This document shows positions 9,320 to 17,084 of a DNA stretch of 32,000 nt, piece by piece; position 1 is the first letter of the stretch; each line of letters opens with the position of its first letter. The notes under the pieces are model-generated. The model did no database searches, was not told the DNA's origin, and saw only the letters and a list, made by a program, of their open reading frames with translations. The translations under genes were made by a program, and so were the position numbers. The DNA is from Allobaculum fili. GTDB lineage: Bacteria; Bacillota_I; Bacilli_A; Erysipelotrichales; Erysipelotrichaceae. The stretch lies in the NCBI RefSeq assembly GCF_020969955.1, contig NZ_JAHDSX010000027.1, forward strand, positions 1,399 to 33,398, written 5' to 3'.

Positions 9320-11323
9320 ATGTCTGAACGAAAAGAATTCAAGGCGGAATCGCGCCGCCTGCTTGATCTGATGATCAATTCCATTTACACGCACAAGGAA
9401 ATCTTTCTGCGTGAGCTGATTTCGAATGCGTCCGATGCACTCGATAAATACTATCTGGATTCGCTGAAAAACCATAAGATTCCAGAAAAACTGGCGATCC
9501 GCATCGATTTTGATGAAAACGCAAGAATGCTCACGATTTCCGATAACGGAATCGGCATGACCAAAGAAGAACTCGAAGACAATCTGGGTACCATCGCTAA
9601 ATCCGGCTCGCTTGCCTTCAAGGAAGAGCTCAAGAAGGAAAAGGAAGCCGGTGAAAACCCGGAAGCCAGCAGTGACTCCGAAGCGGCAGCCAATTCCGAT
9701 GTCGACATCATCGGTCAGTTTGGCGTCGGCTTCTATTCCGCATTCATGGTCGCGTCCAAAGTCACCGTCGTTTCGAAGGCGCTCGGCAGCGATCAGGCCT
9801 GGAAGTGGGAATCCGATGGAACCGACGGCTATACGATTGAAGAAGCCGAACGGGACGATCATGGTACAACCATCACCCTGCTTCTGAAAGAAGATGACGA
9901 AAACGAGAAATACTCCGAATATCTGAATTCCTGGAAACTGGAGATGCTCGTTAAGAAATATTCCGACTATATCCGCTATCCAATTGAAATGGATATCACG
10001 ACGCAGAAACCGGTAAAACCGGATGAAGAAGCGAAGGAAGCGGAAGAGCTGGCAGAACCGAAATTCGAAACGGTTACCGAGACACGCACCCTGAACTCCA
10101 TGATTCCGCTCTGGAAAAAACAGAAATCGGAAATCACGCAGGAAGAATTCGATCAGTTCTATCAGGATCATTTCAACAACTACACCAAACCGCTCGATAC
10201 GATCTTCTTCAATATTGACGGTTCGATTTCCTTTACCGCGCTGCTGTACGTACCGTCCAAGCGTCCGGAAAACTTCTACTCCAGCACTTTTAAACCGGGT
10301 CTGGAACTGTATTCGCGCGGCGTACTGATTGAAAGCCACTGCGAGAGCCTGCTCCCGGATTACCTGCGCTTCATGCAGGGTCTGGTCGATTCGCAGGATC
10401 TGTCGCTGAACATTTCGCGTGAAATGCTTCAGCACGATCATCAGCTGCGCTTCATCCGCAAGCAGACCGAACGTAAAGTTCTTTCCGCTCTGGCAAGCAT
10501 GCAGGAGAAGAAACCGGAAGACTATCTGAGCTTCTGGAAAAACTTCGGAATCAGCCTGAAGATCGGCATTTACAATTCGCAGGGCGCTGACACCAGCAAG
10601 CTGGAAAACCTGCTCATGTATCCGACCAGCGATGACGGCAAGTACAAATCGCTCAAGGAATTTGTCGCTTCCATGCCGGAAGAAGATAAGGACATTTACT
10701 ATCTGTCTGGAACGAACATCGATACGCTGAACAAGCTGCCGGCAGCGGCCAAGCTGAAAGCCAAAGGCTATCCGGTTCTGTATCTGACCGATGAAGTCGA
10801 TGAGTTCATCATCCAGATGATCAGCCAGTACGACGGCCACAGCTTCAAGAACGCCGCTCAGGGCGATCTCGATCTCGATACCGAAGAAGAAAAAGAAGCT
10901 CTGAAGACTCAGAACGAAGAAAACAAGGACCTGCTGACGTACATGAAGGACGTACTGCCTGAAGTCAGCGAAGTCCGTCTGTCCAACCGTCTGGTCGATG
11001 ATCCGGTTATGCTCGTTGCCGGCGACGGCCTCTCCTTTGAAATGGAGCACATCTTTGATGTCTTTGCCAAACAGGCTGGCGAAGACACTAACCCGGGTCT
11101 GCAGGCTTCCCGTATTCTGGAAATCAATCCGAACAACCCGATCTGGAACGTCCTGCGTACAGAGTATGTAACCGATAAGGACAAGGTTAAGGAAATCGCG
11201 CAGATCCTCTACGATCAGGCGTGCCTGATTCAGGGCTTTGCCATTAAGGATCCAGTCGAATACTCCCGCAAGGTCGCTTCGCTGCTGTCGACAATGGCGA
11301 CTGCCGATGCGAAAAAGGACTAA
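9320..11323 (+). CDS. htpG: Molecular chaperone HtpG (Hsp90 family)
   Basis: 667 aa. The N-terminus FKAESRRLLDLMINSIYTHKEIFLRELISNASDALDK and GQFGVGFYSAFMVA are GHKL/Hsp90 signatures. Confidence 0.95.
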   Translation: MSERKEFKAESRRLLDLMINSIYTHKEIFLRELISNASDALDKYYLDSLKNHKIPEKLAIRIDFDENARMLTISDNGIGMTKEELEDNLGTIAKSGSLAFKEELKKEKEAGENPEASSDSEAAANSDVDIIGQFGVGFYSAFMVASKVTVVSKALGSDQAWKWESDGTDGYTIEEAERDDHGTTITLLLKEDDENEKYSEYLNSWKLEMLVKKYSDYIRYPIEMDITTQKPVKPDEEAKEAEELAEPKFETVTETRTLNSMIPLWKKQKSEITQEEFDQFYQDHFNNYTKPLDTIFFNIDGSISFTALLYVPSKRPENFYSSTFKPGLELYSRGVLIESHCESLLPDYLRFMQGLVDSQDLSLNISREMLQHDHQLRFIRKQTERKVLSALASMQEKKPEDYLSFWKNFGISLKIGIYNSQGADTSKLENLLMYPTSDDGKYKSLKEFVASMPEEDKDIYYLSGTNIDTLNKLPAAAKLKAKGYPVLYLTDEVDEFIIQMISQYDGHSFKNAAQGDLDLDTEEEKEALKTQNEENKDLLTYMKDVLPEVSEVRLSNRLVDDPVMLVAGDGLSFEMEHIFDVFAKQAGEDTNPGLQASRILEINPNNPIWNVLRTEYVTDKDKVKEIAQILYDQACLIQGFAIKDPVEYSRKVASLLSTMATADAKKD

Positions 11324-11431
11324 AGGGCTGAATTGAGAATTCGATGATTCTCGTTTAACCAGACAACCCAGTTTCGTCTTTGAATCCTGATTTAAAAAAT
11401 CCAGCATCATCAAAACCGATTTGAATCTCTG

Positions 11432-11477
11432 CGCAGACGCAGAACCAGAACAGCTCTGGTCAGGCGTCTGCGTTTTT
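11432..11477 (+). terminator. Rho-independent terminator of htpG
   Basis: Stem cgcagacgc / gcgtctgcg with inner pairing accaga/tctggt, followed by T5. Confidence 0.7.
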
Positions 11478-11700
11478 ATATGGCAATTTTTGCCGCGCCT
11501 TTTGCTGCCTTCCAGGCCGCTTCCAGACGATCGGAATGGCTTCGTCTTTTTGAACAGAACCCCGTTTTTATATCCGTGTCATTCTGGAGTATGGATCAGA
11601 GCAGGAAAAAGCAGAAAAATGTATACTTTCAAAGGCCGCACCTTCTTGGAAAGGTTCGTTCGCATTTTGTATTTCTCTGTCCCAGAAATCGGATAGGAAC

Positions 11701-11774
11701 GCTGGCAATACTGGTTTCCCCGTCGATCCAGCCAGTGCAGGCGGCCTGCCCAGGAAAAGAAGGATTGATTAAAC
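11701..11774 (+). promoter_or_regulatory. Structured leader upstream of the YhhQ-family transporter; candidate preQ1-type riboswitch (unverified)
   Basis: Helices GCUGG (11701-05)/CCAGU (11732-36) and CUGG (11711-14)/CCAG (11728-31). Hairpin GCAGG-CGG-CCUGC (11737-49). Loop UUUCC (11715-19) is complementary to GGAAA (11753-57) next to the purine-rich RBS region. preQ1 riboswitches commonly precede yhhQ-type genes. I could not match a class consensus by eye. Confidence 0.25.
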
Positions 11775-12452
11775 ATGAATCAGAAACAACCTAAACAGGC
11801 ACAGGAAACCTTCAGCTCGAAAAAGTTCAAGCTGATGATTTACATGACCGCGCTGAGTGCCGGCGCCCTGCTGATCTCCAATCTGGCAGCGGTAAAGCTC
11901 TGGAATATGGGCGGAATCGCCGTCGATGGCGGTCTCGTTCTCTTCCCGCTGACGTATATACTCAGCGACCTGATTGTAGAACTGTACGGAAAAGACCGTT
12001 CCCGCAGCGTAATCTATGCAGGCTTTCTCGTCAACGTGATTGCGGCACTCGTCTTTTATGTCGTAATCGCACTGCCGCCGTATCCCGGCTGGGATATGCA
12101 GGAAGCGTATGCGATGGTGCTTGGTTTTTCGCCCCGCATTATTCTGGGAAGTCTTAGCGGCTATCTGACCAGCAGTCTTCTCAACAACTATCTCTTCGAA
12201 AAAATGCGCGCGTCCTCCGGAATCTTTGCCCGAAGCTTTATCGCGCGTGCGCTGACCTCTTCGGTTTTTGCGCATATTCTCGATACGATCGTATTCGAAA
12301 CGATCGCTTTTCTCGGCGTTCTCTCCTTCCAGGAATTTCTGATGCAGGCTCTGTTTGCCTATATTCTCGGAATGGGACTGGAGTTCGTTCTCTCGCCCGT
12401 CGAAATCGCCATTGAAAAAGCGCTGAAAAAATGGCTGAATGAAAAGCAGTAA
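11775..12452 (+). CDS. Queuosine-precursor transporter, YhhQ/VUT (DUF165) family
   Basis: 225 aa, multi-TM. Contains LISNLAAVKLW...GGLVLFPLTYILSDLIVELYG...SR and ...ARALTSSVFAHILDTIVFETIAF, characteristic of YhhQ. A tgt homologue is adjacent. Confidence 0.85.
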   Translation: MNQKQPKQAQETFSSKKFKLMIYMTALSAGALLISNLAAVKLWNMGGIAVDGGLVLFPLTYILSDLIVELYGKDRSRSVIYAGFLVNVIAALVFYVVIALPPYPGWDMQEAYAMVLGFSPRIILGSLSGYLTSSLLNNYLFEKMRASSGIFARSFIARALTSSVFAHILDTIVFETIAFLGVLSFQEFLMQALFAYILGMGLEFVLSPVEIAIEKALKKWLNEKQ

Positions 12453-12638
12453 ACCGTTCGAAAACGTACCGGAAAATTCGCATCTCCGATCGAAACAAGA
12501 GACGAAGCCCTTCTTCCAAAACGCATGAACCGGATGGAAACATCGAGACTTTCGTCCCAAGCAAGGCTTTAAACGAAAAAAACAGTCCAGAAGATGCAGT
12601 CTTTCTGGACGTATCGTGAATACACAGAAAGGCAGGTT

Positions 12639-13952
12639 ATGAATATGGATCAGACATCCGTTTCTTCTGCAGAAGACAGAATGGAAACAAAAGATACGAC
12701 CCAGCAAAGCTTTCCCAATCGCTTTTCCTTTGAAATCCTGGAGAGAATTCCAGGCCATCTGGGTCGCGCAGGAATTATTCACACGCCGCACGGGGATATT
12801 CATACACCTGCATTCATGTGTGTTGGAACCCATGGGGAAGTTCGTTACGTCAGCATGGAGCAGCTGAAGGAAATCTGCGCGCAGGCGATGCTCTCCAACG
12901 GCTACCATCTGCGCGGCCGTTCGCAGGAAATCGCAGATGCCGGCGGTCTGGCGAAGTGGTCCGGCTGGAACAGTCCGACGCTGACGGACTCCGGCGGCTT
13001 TCAGGTCATGTCGCTTGGAAGCGGCATCGGCAAAGTCGTCAGCATGGACCGGGAAAAGGAAGTCGTCAACGCGCCGAAAAAGGAGCGTCTGGCTATTGTC
13101 ATGGAAGACGGCATTCAGTTCCACGATCCATTCACCGATCAGGATGACTTTATCGGTCCGAAAGAATCCATGGAAATTCAGTGCCGGATCGGTGCGGACA
13201 TTCATATGGCGTTTGATGAACTGACGTCTCTGGCCGATACGTATGAATACAATAAGGAAGCGCTGGAGCGTACGGAACGCTGGGCGCAGATTTCTCTCGA
13301 TGTCCATAAGCAGCACCGCGACGATCTCGGCTATCGCCAGTCGCTTTACGGCGTACTGCAGGGCGGTCGCTGGGAAGATTTGCGCCGCTCGACCGCGAAA
13401 AAGCTTGGTCAGATGGACTTCGATGGATATGGCCTTGGCGGCGCGTTTCTCAAGAGCGATCTTGGAGAAATTCTGAAATGGTGCAACGAAGAACTGCCGG
13501 AAGGTAAGCCTCGCCATCTGCTTGGCCTATCCCGGCCGGATGACATTCTCATCGGTTCGGAAAACGGAGCCGACACCTTTGACTGTGTCGCCCCCACCCG
13601 CGAAGCGCGTCATGGCCGCCTGTATACGAAGTACGGCTACATCAATATCGAAAAGTACGCAGGAAGTCTCGACGTCATCGATGAACACTGCGACTGCCCG
13701 GTATGCCAGGCCGGCTATACCCGTGATGAACTGCGCGCGCTTCTCAAAAGTCAGGATCCAGAAGACCGGGAGAAGTACTTCACACTGGCCAGCATCCATA
13801 ACCTGCGTTTTACGATCCGCCTGACGGAAGAAATTCGACAGGCTATTCTGGACGGCCGCTTTGAAGAATACAAGCAGCAGTTCATGAAAGACTATTACGG
13901 CTTCTCGCCAAAAGGCGCAGCCAACGAGAAGAAAAATACGAATAAACAATAA
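12639..13952 (+). CDS. tgt: tRNA-guanine transglycosylase family protein (divergent Tgt)
   Basis: Track ORF 12594..13952. ATG 12639 is preferred (AAAGG at 12628-32, 6-nt spacing). Contains HTPAFMCVGTHG, TDSGGFQV, MAFDE, FDCVAPTR and the Zn motif CDCPVC...IHNL. It carries an insertion and an atypical GGAFLKSD segment (see findings). Confidence 0.85.
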   Translation: MNMDQTSVSSAEDRMETKDTTQQSFPNRFSFEILERIPGHLGRAGIIHTPHGDIHTPAFMCVGTHGEVRYVSMEQLKEICAQAMLSNGYHLRGRSQEIADAGGLAKWSGWNSPTLTDSGGFQVMSLGSGIGKVVSMDREKEVVNAPKKERLAIVMEDGIQFHDPFTDQDDFIGPKESMEIQCRIGADIHMAFDELTSLADTYEYNKEALERTERWAQISLDVHKQHRDDLGYRQSLYGVLQGGRWEDLRRSTAKKLGQMDFDGYGLGGAFLKSDLGEILKWCNEELPEGKPRHLLGLSRPDDILIGSENGADTFDCVAPTREARHGRLYTKYGYINIEKYAGSLDVIDEHCDCPVCQAGYTRDELRALLKSQDPEDREKYFTLASIHNLRFTIRLTEEIRQAILDGRFEEYKQQFMKDYYGFSPKGAANEKKNTNKQ

Positions 13953-14011
13953 ATTCAGAATCCGGTAAACACTTTGCAGACGGTGAACCGGAATACGAAC
14001 AGAAATGATTT

Positions 14012-14080
14012 ACGAGCAGAACGTACCGTCCAATTCGTCCGTTGCGCGGATTACTAAGGGCACAGTTCTGCTCGTTTTTT
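14012..14080 (+). terminator. Terminator of tgt
   Basis: Perfect 11-bp arms acgagcagaac / gttctgctcgt around a 42-nt loop, followed by T6. Confidence 0.6.
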
Positions 14081-14403
14081 CATGTCTTACAGAAACGGGG
14101 AAAGTACAGAAAATGTGTACGTATTGCTCCGTTTTAATACAGACAAATATGGTATACGACTAGATTTTTAAATAAAACAGAGGATTGAAAAAGTAACAGA
14201 AAATGAAACAAAACTGTAATTAAAAAATACAGGGAAAAACGACATTTTCATGTTGATTTTCCCCACTTTGGGAAAGTGGTTCCATATAGCTCCTACACTG
14301 AAAACAGAAAGGTGCAGGTTCGAGTCAGCTGGTCAGATCGGGCAGTCTGATCATTCGGGTCATTCTCGAACTTCGCACATTTGCTTTGCACGAAGGAGTA
14401 TGT

Positions 14404-16845
14404 ATGAAAACAAAGCAATCAATGAAGAAGCTGCTGTCGCTGGCTTTATGCCTGAGCGCGCCGGTTTCGATGATGATCTCCATGCCGCAGACCGTTCTGG
14501 CACAGGAAGCGACGACCGCGCCGCAGGAACTGCCAGATGTCTCGGATAAGAAAGAAAATGGAACCTGGGGAACAGTAAAATACTATCTTCTGGATGACGG
14601 AACCCTGTATTTTGGACCTGGTCAGACAGCCACCACCCCAAAGAAATTTTATCTGGCAAGCTCTGTTACACGCATCGTCTGCCATCCCGATTTTGATTCC
14701 AGTCCGCTGACTTCCATGTATGAGATGTTTTATAACTATACAAAACTTGAAGACATTTCCGGACTGGCAGAATGGGATATCAGTAATGTAACTACCATGT
14801 ACGGTGCTTTTGCGAATACAAAAATTAAAAATACCGATGCGCTTTCCTCCTGGGAATCTTCTAAACTAGGGGGACTGAACAGTACGTTTTCCGGCTGTAC
14901 GGAACTCACCGATTTAAGCGGACTGGCTAATCTTGGAAAAAGCGGCTCCATTCGCGACATGAACGGCGCTTTCCTTGGCTGCACAAGTCTGGAATCTCTG
15001 CATGGACTGGAAGACTGGTTTTCCGCGGAAGAATCCAGTCTGGATTCCATGTCCTCAACGTTTGAAGGGTGCACGAAGCTGAGCGATGTATCTGCTCTGT
15101 CCGGATGGAACACCATGAACGCGACCAACCTCTGCCAGACGTTTAACAGCTGTCCGATTTCCGATCTTTCGGTCTTTTCCAACTGGAACGTTTCGAAAGT
15201 CAGCGGCTTTGCGGGAACGTTTACCGGAAATACTGCTCTTACATCCCTGAAGGGACTGGAAAACTGGAATACAGCCAGCGCCAGTTCCTATGCGCAGATG
15301 TTTGAAAACTGCACAAATCTGAAAGATGCGAATGCGATGAGCCACTGGAAAACCGAAAAATGGTTCAGTGCGGACAATATTCTAAACAATACTGCTGTCA
15401 CTCATCTGGATTTATCGGGCTGGAATACCGCACAGATGTTTTTCAGTGATACATCGAGTTATTTGTTCTCCAATCCGCTTACCGCAATCCGACTTTCTGC
15501 AGATTACCTGAGCATGATCCGCCCGAATAAGCAGGCGCTTGTCAAATCGAAAAACAGCGACGCCTACGGGGATTCCTGGGTCAGCCAGAACCTGCACGGA
15601 CCGTATACGTCCGCAGAACTGACTGATGGAACAGTTACATGGACCGAAGATATGGATGGCTGGTGGGGACGAGCCAAAACGGCGACTCTCGTCGACGAAG
15701 CGCATGGTTTGACCAAAACGATTTCTCTTCCCGCCGATCTGGAAGTCAGCCTTCCGCTTGGAACGGGCGCCTTTGACGGGAGCCCATTCCATGCCAGAGT
15801 CATCGGGTGGAAAAAAGCCAATAGTGAAGAAACCATCACGAAATATACAGCTGGACTGAGCGAAGAAAATATTGAACTCAACCCGGTATGGGAATTCGAG
15901 CTGCATGCGAACACCTGGACGTTTGATGCCAACGGCGGTACTGGAACGATGGATTCCATTGAGGTGAGCGTACCTTCGGATACGTCCGCTCGCGTTCCAG
16001 ACTGCTCGTTTACCCGCGAAGGCTACACGTTTACCGGCTGGAATACAAAAGCCGACGGCAGCGGTGATAATATCGCGGTTGGCGATACGATTGACGTGGA
16101 TTACTCCATTGACCAGTTCACCGTATACGCACAATGGAAGAAAATTCCTTCGCATCAGGTTGCCTTTGAAGCCAATGGCGGCACAGGCGATATGGAGACG
16201 CTGATCTGGAATGGTGAAGAAGATCACGCTTTGCCAAAAAATGGCTTTACCCGAACGGATTATGAATTCACGGGCTGGAATACGAAAGCTGACGGTACGG
16301 GTATTACCTACGCGGATGAAGCGCAGCTGAGCGGCGGTGAAGAAGACTCTGAACTTACGTTATATGCTCAATGGAAAAAGATACCGTCTCATATGGTAAC
16401 CTTCGCTGCAAATGGCGGAACCGGCACTATGGAACCTCTGCTCTGGAAAGGAGAAGAGGGAAATAAACTGCCCAAAAATACCTTTACCCGATTCGACTGG
16501 ATCTTTACCGGCTGGAATACAAAGGCCGATGGTACTGGTACCGCTTATGCCGATGAAGCCCAGCTGACCGGCGGCGAAGACGATACGGAAATCACGCTGT
16601 ATGCCCAATGGAAGGCTGTCCTGCATTACGATCTTCTCGATCAGGCGATTGAAAAAGGCGAGTCAATCGCTTCGAAATCGTTCAAATCAAATCAGAACGA
16701 GACACTCAATGCGGCGATTGCAGAAGCAAAAACGGTTCGAACACAAAGTGAATCGCAGATCGAGATCGACCAAGCCGCCAGAACGCTCAATCAGGTACTT
16801 CTGTCTCTTCGCCTGACCACGGATACAGCACTGCCGAGTCTATAG
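14404..16845 (+). CDS. Secreted surface protein: signal peptide, DUF285/BspA-type leucine-rich repeats, 3 Listeria-Bacteroides (Flg_new) repeats, FIVAR-like C-terminus
   Basis: ATG 14404 follows AAGGAG (14393-98). Signal peptide MKTKQSMKKLLSLALCLSAPVSMMISMPQTVLAQE. Repeats of ~26 aa such as 'WDISNVTTMYGAFANT' and 'WNVSKVSGFAGTF'. Three copies of '..ANGGTG.M......F.R..Y.FTGWNTKADGTG....YAQWK'. No LPXTG motif was seen. Confidence 0.85.
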   Translation: MKTKQSMKKLLSLALCLSAPVSMMISMPQTVLAQEATTAPQELPDVSDKKENGTWGTVKYYLLDDGTLYFGPGQTATTPKKFYLASSVTRIVCHPDFDSSPLTSMYEMFYNYTKLEDISGLAEWDISNVTTMYGAFANTKIKNTDALSSWESSKLGGLNSTFSGCTELTDLSGLANLGKSGSIRDMNGAFLGCTSLESLHGLEDWFSAEESSLDSMSSTFEGCTKLSDVSALSGWNTMNATNLCQTFNSCPISDLSVFSNWNVSKVSGFAGTFTGNTALTSLKGLENWNTASASSYAQMFENCTNLKDANAMSHWKTEKWFSADNILNNTAVTHLDLSGWNTAQMFFSDTSSYLFSNPLTAIRLSADYLSMIRPNKQALVKSKNSDAYGDSWVSQNLHGPYTSAELTDGTVTWTEDMDGWWGRAKTATLVDEAHGLTKTISLPADLEVSLPLGTGAFDGSPFHARVIGWKKANSEETITKYTAGLSEENIELNPVWEFELHANTWTFDANGGTGTMDSIEVSVPSDTSARVPDCSFTREGYTFTGWNTKADGSGDNIAVGDTIDVDYSIDQFTVYAQWKKIPSHQVAFEANGGTGDMETLIWNGEEDHALPKNGFTRTDYEFTGWNTKADGTGITYADEAQLSGGEEDSELTLYAQWKKIPSHMVTFAANGGTGTMEPLLWKGEEGNKLPKNTFTRFDWIFTGWNTKADGTGTAYADEAQLTGGEDDTEITLYAQWKAVLHYDLLDQAIEKGESIASKSFKSNQNETLNAAIAEAKTVRTQSESQIEIDQAARTLNQVLLSLRLTTDTALPSL
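15910..16617 (+). repeat. Three tandem ~240-nt coding repeats (Listeria-Bacteroides repeat domains)
   Basis: Repeat boundaries are marked by YAQWKKIPSH (x2) and YAQWKA. Repeats 2 and 3 are highly similar at the protein level. Confidence 0.8.
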
Positions 16846-16936
16846 AGCGCCATTTCCGCTTGGAAATGATAGAGGAGATCCGTTTTTGAGAAAACGGAAT
16901 CCGACCGATCCTAAACAAACGGCACCAAAATGAAAA

Positions 16937-16981
16937 GTCCGCTAGTGTCGGAAAACCAGATTTGGCTCCGACCTGGCGGAC
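16937..16981. terminator. Strong bidirectional hairpin between the surface-protein gene and the TIR gene
   Basis: 9-bp stem gtccgctag/ctggcggac plus 6-bp stem gtcgga/tccgac. The minus strand continues TTTTCATTTT and the plus strand TGTTTGTTTG. Confidence 0.7.
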
Positions 16982-17084
16982 TGTTTGTTTGTACGAGGAT
17001 TGAGCAGGGAAAGAAAAAACAGGCTGCGATCATTCCTTTCTCAGGAAGAAACTGCTGTTTAGCAAAAGAACCGCGTTACCTGTT

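Noticed and set aside
9272-11413. 713-aa ORF antisense to htpG, longer than htpG itself
   Set aside because: It lies fully inside or opposite a confidently identified conserved gene. Its composition is low-complexity (R/F/L/I-rich) and it has no RBS. This is a typical stop-free shadow frame.
11769-13517. 582-aa minus-strand ORF spanning yhhQ, the intergenic region and half of tgt
   Set aside because: It crosses two well-supported plus-strand genes and their intergenic region, and its translation is R/F/C-rich. It is an antisense artefact.
14305-14335. GGTTCGAGTC, a tRNA T-arm-like sequence (possible tRNA or att remnant)
   Set aside because: The flanking bases do not form a T-stem (GCAGG is not matched by CCTGC), and there is no acceptor or anticodon arm.
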